From Bdellovibrionales bacterium (GTDB lineage: Bacteria; Bdellovibrionota; Bdellovibrionia; Bdellovibrionales; JAGQZY01): 17,811 bases of DNA. The notes beneath the pieces were generated by a model, which was given only the letters and a program-made list of their open reading frames with translations, was not told the origin of the DNA and made no database searches. The DNA is taken from positions 1 through 17,811 of the forward strand of contig JANPLN010000027.1 in assembly GCA_031426555.1 (NCBI GenBank). Direction: 5' to 3'. Both the position numbers and the translations under genes were made by a program. Below, in pieces: positions 8,965 to 17,737 of this stretch; positions within the stretch are counted from its first letter, which is position 1, and each line of letters starts with the position of its first letter.

Positions 8965-9651
8965 CTAGAATCGGTAACTCACCCACATGCCGTCTTTTAG
9001 CTCTAGACGGCGCGGAAATCGAGCCGCGAAATTCTGATCGTGGGTCACGACAACAAGCGTTAACTTCTGCTCCTGCTTCAACTGAAAAAACAGATCCTGA
9101 ATGATTTTTGCATTGGAACTATCGAGATTTCCCGTGGGCTCATCGGCAAAAAGAATCCGTGGACCTCTGATAAGCGCCCGGGCGATGGCCACTCGCTGCT
9201 GCTCACCGCCGCTCAATTGCGATGGGTAGTGATCCTTGCGATCTTTCATACCCATGCGACCCAAAAGAGCTTCTGCTTTTTGCAAACTTTCGCGGCGAGA
9301 ATCACCGGCAATTCGACAGGGCAACAATACATTTTCCAGTGCTGTAAATTCAGGCAACAAATGATGGAATTGAAAAACAAAGCCCATGGTTTGGCTGCGA
9401 AAGCTGGCGAGTTCTGCCGAGGACTTCCGCGTTAAATCCACTCCCTCAAAAAAAATCTTTCCCAGCGTGGGTTGATCTAACGTTCCAAGAATATGCAAAA
9501 GAGTACTTTTACCTGCACCGGAGGAGCCCATAATGCACAACGCCTCGCCTTCGCGAATATCCAAGTCGATGCCTTTGAGCACATCCAGCGGTTCGCCCTT
9601 GCGGGAAAACGACTTGGTCACGCACTTTACATCCATCAATAGCTTATTCAT
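8965..9651 (-). CDS. lolD: Lipoprotein-releasing ABC transporter ATP-binding subunit
   Basis: Walker [57 protein letters not shown]. Confidence 0.92.
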   Translation of the reverse strand: MNKLLMDVKCVTKSFSRKGEPLDVLKGIDLDIREGEALCIMGSSGAGKSTLLHILGTLDQPTLGKIFFEGVDLTRKSSAELASFRSQTMGFVFQFHHLLPEFTALENVLLPCRIAGDSRRESLQKAEALLGRMGMKDRKDHYPSQLSGGEQQRVAIARALIRGPRILFADEPTGNLDSSNAKIIQDLFFQLKQEQKLTLVVVTHDQNFAARFPRRLELKDGMWVSYRF

Positions 9652-10867
9652 ATTTGAGTCCTTCCACAGGGGACAATCGAGCTCCGCGCAGCGCCGGAAT
9701 GAGAGTTGATAAAAAACAAATGGTCATAGTGGCGCTGCAGATCCAAACGATATCTTGAGTGCGAAATTCTGTGGCCACAAAGGACAAACGATAAATGTCG
9801 GCCGGCAAAAGAGGAAATACTTTTTGACCTATTTCAAACAGGTAGCATAAAAGCCATCCGATTGTGAGACCCAAAAGCGTGCCAATGGCACCGAGCAAAA
9901 GTCCATGCAGACAAAACAAAAACCCAATATCTCTGGGGCGGGCGCCCAGGGTTTTAAATAAACTGATGTCTCGGTAGCGCTTCAGTATGGTCACGAACAG
10001 CGATGTAATCACATTAAACCCCGAGGCGATCACAATGACCAGAACCACAAAAAAGATCACCCGTTTTTCGTAATCGATGGCCGAAAAATAATTTTTATTG
10101 GTTTGCCGCCAGTCCATGACCGAATAGCTCCAACCCAATTTTTCCTGAACCACCTGGGCCCACTTTTCGGCGCGATCGGAATTTTTAAGCTTCAGGCGAA
10201 TGCCCGAAATCATTCGTGTGTCGAGCAAGTCTTGCACGATGGGTAAATCGACAAATAAAAAGCGCGAATTAAAATCGTATTTTCCTAAATCCAGCGCGGC
10301 AGTGACATAAAACGTTTTGATGATGGGATTGAGATCCGACGCGCTCGTTTTACTAGTGCGGGGAAGAATAATCTTAAAAGTATCGCCGATTTGCAGACCC
10401 ATTTTTTTTAATAAATCTTTGCCCACATAAGCCGGTGGTATGTCGTCGCGATACTCCCAGGAATCCTGCCCCCGGGTGATGCGATTTTTAAGATTGAGAA
10501 CGCTGGCGGCCTTTTCTTTTTCCACGCCTTGCAAAAATACGGCGGCGATTTTGCCTTTCGAGGCCACTAGCGACTCTTGTCCTAAAAAATACAGTTTATC
10601 TTGCACGCTGCCCATGTAGGGATTGAGCTGTTTTTCCAGCACTTCGATTTTGTCGATTTTACCGCTGCGTTTGTAAATCGCCACATCACCCACGGCCTCA
10701 ATGATGGCTCGCTTCAGCGTTGTCTCAAAACCGCTAAAGCTCGACATCGCCACGAGCAACACGGCCACACCCATGGTGATTCCCACCATCGTAAGCAAGA
10801 TTGTCACATCAAAGAACTGCCGCCACGCCTTCATGTATTTTCCTAAAATCCAAAAATGAAAAAACAT
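9644..10867 (-). CDS. Lipoprotein-releasing ABC transporter permease (LolC/LolE family)
   Basis: N-terminal TM (GITMGVAVLLVAMS), large periplasmic domain, three C-terminal TMs, [18 protein letters not shown] ending; coupled to lolD. ATG 10867 with AAGGA SD preferred over TTG 10885. Confidence 0.88.
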   Translation of the reverse strand: MFFHFWILGKYMKAWRQFFDVTILLTMVGITMGVAVLLVAMSSFSGFETTLKRAIIEAVGDVAIYKRSGKIDKIEVLEKQLNPYMGSVQDKLYFLGQESLVASKGKIAAVFLQGVEKEKAASVLNLKNRITRGQDSWEYRDDIPPAYVGKDLLKKMGLQIGDTFKIILPRTSKTSASDLNPIIKTFYVTAALDLGKYDFNSRFLFVDLPIVQDLLDTRMISGIRLKLKNSDRAEKWAQVVQEKLGWSYSVMDWRQTNKNYFSAIDYEKRVIFFVVLVIVIASGFNVITSLFVTILKRYRDISLFKTLGARPRDIGFLFCLHGLLLGAIGTLLGLTIGWLLCYLFEIGQKVFPLLPADIYRLSFVATEFRTQDIVWICSATMTICFLSTLIPALRGARLSPVEGLKYE

Positions 10868-10900
10868 AGGGGCGATCCTTTGCAATTGAGTTTTTACTGG

Positions 10901-12026
<1,126 letters not shown>

Positions 12027-12054
12027 TGTTCCCTACTAGTACGTCGTGTAATTG

Positions 12055-12071
12055 GCCGTCTGCTAGACGAC
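12055..12071 (-). other. Short stem-loop in the ybeY-prfB intergenic region
   Basis: GTCGTCT-AGC-AGACGGC (7 bp with one G-U pair); no U-tract follows on the minus strand. Confidence 0.35.
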
Positions 12072-12086
12072 TTTATCTATCGTTAT

Positions 12087-12578
12087 CTATCGTTTTCGAA
12101 AGGCCTTTAAGATATCGCGATCTTGCAAATCTGCAAAGAGTTTATCTTGGATGCGGAACATTTTCTTGGCCTGTACTTCGTTTTCCTCGTGGTCGTATCC
12201 TAGCAGGTGCAGCAATCCGTGGAGAAGGAGGTACGAGAGTTCTTCACTGACATGCAAATCGTGCTCTCCTGCCTGCTTTTTAACTTGATCTACACAAAGT
12301 ACGATATCACCTAAAAAAGCGTCGTCATCCACCACTTCACCGCCGCCTGCAAAACTAAGCACGTCCGTCACTTTGTCTTTTTGCCGATACTGCTTGTTCA
12401 ACTTGCGCATGGCTTTTTTATCAACAAAGACAATGCCCACTTGTTTTTTAAGCGCCTTGCGATGCTTTGCATTTTTTGCGACGTTTTTTGTAAGGTCTTT
12501 TGAGATGTGTGCGAGAAGCCATTTTAAAAAAACTTCTGACACTCGCCATTTTGTGTTATTCACTACGTAAAACTGCAT
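12087..12578 (-). CDS. ybeY: rRNA maturation factor / endoribonuclease YbeY
   Basis: LNKQYRQKDKVTDVLSF, LGDIVLC, HGLLHLLGYDH metal-binding motif. Start is ATG 12578 or the adjacent GTG 12581. Confidence 0.96.
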   Translation of the reverse strand: MQFYVVNNTKWRVSEVFLKWLLAHISKDLTKNVAKNAKHRKALKKQVGIVFVDKKAMRKLNKQYRQKDKVTDVLSFAGGGEVVDDDAFLGDIVLCVDQVKKQAGEHDLHVSEELSYLLLHGLLHLLGYDHEENEVQAKKMFRIQDKLFADLQDRDILKAFRKR

Positions 12579-12584
12579 CACAAA

Positions 12585-12593
12585 AACATACCA
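12585..12593 (-). promoter_or_regulatory. Putative extended -10 promoter giving a leaderless ybeY mRNA
   Basis: TG-g-TATGTT (12593-12585) followed by 6 nt and then ATG 12578; no SD; poor -35 match. Confidence 0.4.
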
Positions 12594-12607
12594 TCAAAGG
12601 TTTCCAC

Positions 12608-13414
12608 ATGAAACGCCAAACTCTCGACGATCTTAAAAAAATAATGATTTCTCTGCGCGCCGGCTGCCCCTGGGACCAAAAACAAACTCCCGAAAGCCTC
12701 ACTCCCTATGCCGTCGAAGAGGCGTTAGAATTGGAAGACGCCATCCTCCACAAAACGCCAGACGATGTGAAAGAAGAGCTCGGTGATTTGCTTTTTCAGG
12801 TGGTGTTTCAAAGCCAAATGGCACAAGAAGCGGGACATTTTTCTTTGGATGATGTGATCCATTCGCTGAGCGAAAAGATGATCGAACGGCATCCGCATGT
12901 CTTCACCTCGCAAAAAGAGTCGATTTCCGCTGAAGGCGTAAAACAAACCTGGGAAAAAACCAAATCGGCTAAAATCAACTCCACCGAAATTTTTAAAATG
13001 CCGCAAAATTTTCCATCACTTTTGAGCGCGGTGAAAATCGGCAAAAAAACCCGCACCATCGACTTCGATTGGTATAAAGTGAGCGATGTGTTTAAACAAT
13101 TTATGTCCGAAGTGAGCGAACTCAAAGCCACGTTCCGCAGCAAAGACAAAGCCCATCAGATGGAAGAGCTGGGCGATACATTGTTTACCTTGGCGCAAGT
13201 CGCGCGCTTGCTGGATCTGGATCCCGAAAAATCGCTGCGCATGGCGAATACGAAAGTGGTCAAACGCATCGAAACAGCGTTTGCCATCTCCGGCCTGAGT
13301 TGGAAAGAGTATTGCGCCCTCTCTATCAAAAAAAAGGAAGTGCTTTGGGAAAAGGCAAAGAAGCAGCTGAAGAAGGTGAAGACCGCAAAGAGTTCGCGAA
13401 AGAAAACAAACTGA
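12608..13414 (+). CDS. mazG: Nucleoside triphosphate pyrophosphohydrolase MazG (tandem domain)
   Basis: GCPWDQKQT, EEALEL, EELGDLLFQVVF, RHPHVF, second domain FDW...EELGDTLF...DPEKSLR. Start set at ATG 12608 (AAAGG upstream); the ORF-track start at 12500 overlaps ybeY. Confidence 0.93.
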   Translation: MKRQTLDDLKKIMISLRAGCPWDQKQTPESLTPYAVEEALELEDAILHKTPDDVKEELGDLLFQVVFQSQMAQEAGHFSLDDVIHSLSEKMIERHPHVFTSQKESISAEGVKQTWEKTKSAKINSTEIFKMPQNFPSLLSAVKIGKKTRTIDFDWYKVSDVFKQFMSEVSELKATFRSKDKAHQMEELGDTLFTLAQVARLLDLDPEKSLRMANTKVVKRIETAFAISGLSWKEYCALSIKKKEVLWEKAKKQLKKVKTAKSSRKKTN

Positions 13415-13526
13415 GCGAATCACTACCGTAGCGGCAGCAGAAAGAAGCCAATGAGTTTTGCGTGACGCCCGCCTGAATCAAAAGGATTAATAAGACCACC
13501 GTCGCGAGTTGGTCATGCAGATATGT

Positions 13527-14879
13527 TTATTTTGGATCTTGAGACGTCATGCACAGCCCGTAGAACTGCGCGTACTCCGGAAAAACGCTTAAGAAATCGA
13601 GCTTTCTCCGCGAATCGTTGGTCTGGATAAAGTCGTAGAACCGTCGCCGACTTTCGTTGTCAGCTTGACCATTGGCGATTGAATCGCGAATAGATTGCAG
13701 AAAATCTGCATAAAAATCCCACCGGCCCCATTCGAAAAAATTAAATCGCCGCATATCGTCCTGAACCGTACGCAGATAGGTGATACTCTCATCTAGGTAT
13801 GACGCAAAGTCGGGCGTGAGAATATAGGGGCACAGGTGAGCAGGGTCACTTACCAGGTTTTGTCTGAGTCTTATAGGCTGGTCATATTTATCAACGAGGC
13901 TTTTTACCAAAACCAAAAGATCTTTCAACGAGGTAATACTCAAAGCATTGGTGGCCATTTGCATGCTGATACTAAAAGGACTTAAGCGAGCCTCAAGAAT
14001 TTTTTCGAAATTAGCAAGCCAGCGTTCCCAATTTAACCCATGACGAATATACTCAGAACGCGGACCAAAGCTTTCCATACTGATATTGAAATCAAAAAGA
14101 AACCAACCCTTATAGGAACGGTATTTTTCGATAAATCGGTCGAGCTGTTGTTCCGAGCAATTGAGATTAGTGACCACGGTTAAATTCATATGCATGCGGC
14201 CGTGCCGGCGAGTGATCTCATACAACTTATCCATCAGCACATAAAGCTTGTCGTTAATGAGTGGCTCTCCGCCCAGAATATTGAAATAATAAGCGTTAGG
14301 CGCGATGTCTTTTTCCATGGCTTCCCAAAACAGCGGTTCAAAAGATGGTTCAGGTTTTGGAAATTCCTCGGCCATGCGATTTTGTTGAATTTCGCCAAAT
14401 TCTACCAACTCTTGGCCCCAACGGCTGCTGTAATGATGACTGCAGTAGACACATTTCATGTCGCAGATATTGCTCAACATGATCTCAACAATTTGCGGCC
14501 TTTTTGATTCCTGCCACTCAGCTGTTTGTGGCGCCTCCCTAGCCAGCTGTTCCCACTCACCAAGTGGCATTTTCTTCTGCCAGCCCTGTTTCTGGGGAAA
14601 ATCGTCATAATGGATGCGCGGACTTTTTTGACCCTTATCTTCAAGCCTCCAACAGACAGCGCAATCCCCGTGGCGAACCCCTGTGAGCATCTCTAACCGG
14701 CGCTCTTTTTCGTATTCAGAATTTAAAAAAACATTTTTGCCTTCACGCTGAAGTTCTTCCTCACTGATTCTTCGGCCCTTGGCACGGCAACAGAAACGGA
14801 ATTCCCCACGCGGAAGATGGACGACCGGATAGCTCCACTTATTTTCGCACAGTGACTTCTCTGGTGAAAGGTTTTTCAT
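13527..14879 (-). CDS. Radical SAM protein with an N-terminal twitch-like Fe-S domain, function unknown
   Basis: CxxxCxxC (C139 DMK C143 VY C146; nt 14465-14442), GGEP, TN and SMES barrel motifs; N-terminal C11...C30C31...C73xxC76 with the R-x-EMLTG...CxxCWxxExxGxxSxR pattern. Confidence 0.88.
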   Translation of the reverse strand: MKNLSPEKSLCENKWSYPVVHLPRGEFRFCCRAKGRRISEEELQREGKNVFLNSEYEKERRLEMLTGVRHGDCAVCWRLEDKGQKSPRIHYDDFPQKQGWQKKMPLGEWEQLAREAPQTAEWQESKRPQIVEIMLSNICDMKCVYCSHHYSSRWGQELVEFGEIQQNRMAEEFPKPEPSFEPLFWEAMEKDIAPNAYYFNILGGEPLINDKLYVLMDKLYEITRRHGRMHMNLTVVTNLNCSEQQLDRFIEKYRSYKGWFLFDFNISMESFGPRSEYIRHGLNWERWLANFEKILEARLSPFSISMQMATNALSITSLKDLLVLVKSLVDKYDQPIRLRQNLVSDPAHLCPYILTPDFASYLDESITYLRTVQDDMRRFNFFEWGRWDFYADFLQSIRDSIANGQADNESRRRFYDFIQTNDSRRKLDFLSVFPEYAQFYGLCMTSQDPK

Positions 14880-14885
14880 GGAAAA

Positions 14886-14914
14886 AACCTAGCAATTTAC
14901 AGGGTTTTAGGCAA
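14886..14914 (-). promoter_or_regulatory. Putative sigma70 promoter, leaderless geometry, for the radical SAM gene
   Basis: TTGCCT (14914-14909), 17 nt ending in TGc, TAGGTT (14891-14886), 6 nt (TTTTCC), ATG 14879; no SD. Confidence 0.55.
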
Positions 14915-14972
14915 GATCTGAGATCAAGATTATGAACCCCCGTACGGAGCTCGCCGCAGACGTAGGACGCAG

Positions 14973-15003
14973 AGCGATGTGGAGACATCGGTCTCCGTTC
15001 GCT
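14973..15003. repeat. GC-rich inverted repeat / stem-loop immediately after the GT2 stop codon
   Basis: AGCGA-TG-TGGAGAC-ATCG-GTCTCCG-T-TCGCT; core GGAGAC/GTCTCC. No U-tract on the minus strand, so it is not a typical intrinsic terminator for that gene. Confidence 0.55.
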
Positions 15004-16551
15004 TCAAAAAATCCAACTGTTCAGCAAATACTGAAACACGCGGTAGATGTCTGGCGAAAGATTGTTGTAGAAAAATATTTCAGCGGTATTTTTTAATAGC
15101 TTTTGCCGTTTGTAGGCGGAGTTAAAATATTCCGAGCGCGAAGTCTCATGGAACAAATGATAAACTGGTGTTTGCTCGAGATGAAACGAGTTTCCATTTT
15201 GCGCCAAGCGCCAGCCCAGGTCGGTGTCCTCTAAACCGTAAAAACAAAAAGTTTTGCGAAACCACCCCACCTCTTTAAAAAGTGATTTTTTAAGCGAAAA
15301 TCCATAGGTGCATGCGTACTTCCAATGATCCGCTATTTGCATCCAGCTTTTTTTATCAGCCTGCTCGTAAAACTGATGCCAGTAGCCGCCTTCCGGGACA
15401 AAGCAGTGCTGGTCTTTGTTTACGTCCTCATAGCGCATGTTGATACTCGAAACGGCTTTTTGAAAATACTCTCGACGCCACTGAACAACATCGTGAGTGT
15501 TGTGTAAAGTGAAAGTTTTTTCTAAAAAATTGGGGGGAGTTAAAATATCTGAATCGAGAAAAACCAAAAGCTCACCACGAGCAAATTTAACACCATAGTT
15601 TCTTGCAAGACCCGCCCGGAACTGGTTGTCCCCCATCTTTCGCGGCTTCTTGCGCGGATAGTAAAGGAGCCGCACAGGCATTCGCAAGTCCTTCACGACG
15701 TCGGCCATTCCCTCACTCATTTTATCACTGCTGCCGTCGTCAACAACAATCACCTCATACTGATCTTTGTGCAGCGTCTGCGACTCCAGATGGCGCAGGG
15801 TATTTAGTAAATACAAACTGTTGTTATACGTCGGAATGACCACTGTCACTTTTGGCTGCAACTGCGGATGGGAACAAACTAACGGAGCATGGTAAGGCTC
15901 TAGCTCCAAATCTTCTGTGATTCGCGGTTCGTAAATATCAACGCCACTCACTCCCCGCACATCGATTCGCGGCTGGTTCTTTTGCACAAACTCACGCCAC
16001 ACCATAACTTCCTTCGGTCGCAGCTTGCGTTTTTTATCCAGAGAATAAGGAAAGTAAAATTCAGTTCCTGCAATAAAGGGTTCGGGAATTTTATCGAGGT
16101 CGTAAAGCGCCGGGTTGTTGCGAATTCCAAGAATTTTCAGAGTCACTTCATTGGTAGCGCCTAAACTTTGCAACCACTGCCAATCGGGCCAGCGATCCAC
16201 AACCCAGAGCTCAATCGCAATATTGTTTTGCACAATGTAATTATAACGGTCGCGCAAGCACTCTTCATTGCAAACCTGCAACACCGGAACCAGACCGGCC
16301 AACTTGATGTCCCGAATCAACTCCTCAAATTGCGGCAATTGCAAAGCGAGCTCGGAGATCACAAAGCGAGTATAACCAGAGCGACTGGCTTTTTTTAAAG
16401 ACTGTTCAAACTTACCATAATTCCAAAATCCTTTTCGCCATGTGCCATTGAATTTCCAAACGTCGGCGCATACATCTTCAGCTGCGGGCAAAGCATACAC
16501 GTAGCTGCGCTCTCGAGGGGACCTTGGATTTGGTTGGAACCGCGTTGACAC
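15004..16551 (-). CDS. Family 2 glycosyltransferase with a ~230-aa N-terminal extra domain
   Basis: C-terminal half: VTVVIPTYNN, EVIVVDDGSSD, ARNYGVKFARGELLVFLDSD (DxD), YGLEDTDLGWRL. Start is probably GTG 16551 (AAGGG SD); ATG 16596 would overlap the divergent gene head-to-head. Confidence 0.88.
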   Translation of the reverse strand: MSTRFQPNPRSPRERSYVYALPAAEDVCADVWKFNGTWRKGFWNYGKFEQSLKKASRSGYTRFVISELALQLPQFEELIRDIKLAGLVPVLQVCNEECLRDRYNYIVQNNIAIELWVVDRWPDWQWLQSLGATNEVTLKILGIRNNPALYDLDKIPEPFIAGTEFYFPYSLDKKRKLRPKEVMVWREFVQKNQPRIDVRGVSGVDIYEPRITEDLELEPYHAPLVCSHPQLQPKVTVVIPTYNNSLYLLNTLRHLESQTLHKDQYEVIVVDDGSSDKMSEGMADVVKDLRMPVRLLYYPRKKPRKMGDNQFRAGLARNYGVKFARGELLVFLDSDILTPPNFLEKTFTLHNTHDVVQWRREYFQKAVSSINMRYEDVNKDQHCFVPEGGYWHQFYEQADKKSWMQIADHWKYACTYGFSLKKSLFKEVGWFRKTFCFYGLEDTDLGWRLAQNGNSFHLEQTPVYHLFHETSRSEYFNSAYKRQKLLKNTAEIFFYNNLSPDIYRVFQYLLNSWIF

Positions 16552-16573
16552 AATCAGCCCTTGTAAGTAGTTT
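16545..16573 (+). promoter_or_regulatory. Putative sigma70 promoter, leaderless geometry, for the plus-strand GT2
   Basis: TTGACA (16545-16550), 17 nt, TAGTTT (16568-16573), 6 nt, ATG 16580; no SD. Confidence 0.6.
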
Positions 16574-16579
16574 TGTTCG

Positions 16580-17737
16580 ATGGTTTCAGTGGTCATACCT
16601 ACAACAAATCGACCCGACAGCCTTATCAGGCTTGTCGCGTCCCTTCAACTACAAACCACAACAACGGAAGCCTGCGAAGTTCTCGTTGTGTACAACACCG
16701 AAAACGAAAAGAAAGATTCCCCACTTCAAGCTTCCGCTTTTGTAAAACTGCTGTGTGCGCCCAAGCCGGGTGTGAACCATGCACGCAATCATGGAGCCCT
16801 TCAGGCGCGCGGAACCGTGATTCTCTTTTTAGACGATGACTGCGAAGTCACAGATCCGAGTTTTTTGCAGAAACACTTCGACTCCCATCAAACAAATCCC
16901 CAACTGGTGGCCCTCGGTGGTCCCTATCTTTTAAAACCCCAGGCCTCTCTTTGGGACGAGGTTTATCACCAAAATAATTTCAACTGGATATCCGCCAATC
17001 TCACCGAAGACTCGCGTACCATGGCATTGCTTGGGGGCAATGCTTCGTACAAAGCTTTTATTTTTACTAAAGGTTATCGGTTCACCGAAGAAATTATCTA
17101 CGGAGGCAGTGAAACTCCGCTCAACACGATCTTAGCTCTCAAATACGGGAACCATGGTTACTTTTTAAATCTTCCAGTGCTGCATCATACAAATTTGAAT
17201 CTTTGGAGTCTTTTGCGCAAGGCCTACCAACAAGGAATCGGCGCTGCTTTACAAACAAGGATGTACGGCCATCAACTAAGGCGAGTTCCTAACAACGCGT
17301 CCCCATCGCGCCTTGCGATACGTTTTGGTCTCGAGCTCTTTGCACTTTTTTTTATTTATGGTTACCAATCGCAAGTGTCCAAAAAAAAGCTCCCCTTCAT
17401 TCTTATTGAAACTCTCATGGATCGCTATTTTCGAAAACAGCTGATCCCGCGAGTTCAGAATCAACTGACCCAACTTTATTGGCTGCAACACGCTCACATT
17501 CGCCACCCGGTGCTGGTTGGCTGTAATAGTGTCTTTTGGTCTACCTATTCAGGCATCGCAAAAATTTATTGGAGCTTATATCCATTGTTCACGCCAATCT
17601 CTGGTTTCTTGCGCTCTCTTGCAGAGCCACTCCCCATCAATCCAACAAGCGCTCTCACTTACAAACTGAGGTACCGCTGCCTACACGTGAGCAAAAAAAT
17701 TGGCTGGCTTTTTTTTAAAGCAGTTGGGTTGCGATGA
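16580..17737 (+). CDS. Family 2 glycosyltransferase with a hydrophobic C-terminal extension
   Basis: MVSVVIPTTNR, PGVNHARNHGALQARGTVILFLDDDC (DxD), GGNASY; hydrophobic and aromatic segments after about residue 245. Confidence 0.87.
   Translation: MVSVVIPTTNRPDSLIRLVASLQLQTTTTEACEVLVVYNTENEKKDSPLQASAFVKLLCAPKPGVNHARNHGALQARGTVILFLDDDCEVTDPSFLQKHFDSHQTNPQLVALGGPYLLKPQASLWDEVYHQNNFNWISANLTEDSRTMALLGGNASYKAFIFTKGYRFTEEIIYGGSETPLNTILALKYGNHGYFLNLPVLHHTNLNLWSLLRKAYQQGIGAALQTRMYGHQLRRVPNNASPSRLAIRFGLELFALFFIYGYQSQVSKKKLPFILIETLMDRYFRKQLIPRVQNQLTQLYWLQHAHIRHPVLVGCNSVFWSTYSGIAKIYWSLYPLFTPISGFLRSLAEPLPINPTSALTYKLRYRCLHVSKKIGWLFFKAVGLR

Noticed and set aside
8864..8986. 41-codon N-terminal extension of bamA in the ORF track
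   Set aside because: It overlaps lolD and spans the predicted promoter; the SD and signal peptide support GTG 8863.
7526..9104. Plus-strand ORFs of 234, 183 and 162 aa
   Set aside because: Antisense to bamA, mostly mirroring its codon structure; no independent protein features.
12500..12607. N-terminal extension of mazG in the ORF track
   Set aside because: It overlaps ybeY on the opposite strand; MazG similarity begins at ATG 12608.
13415..13526. Bidirectional terminator, sRNA or RiPP precursor between the convergent mazG and radical SAM genes
   Set aside because: Only weak pairings (GACCA...TGGTC, CTAC-C-GTAG), no U-tracts and no convincing small ORF with an SD.
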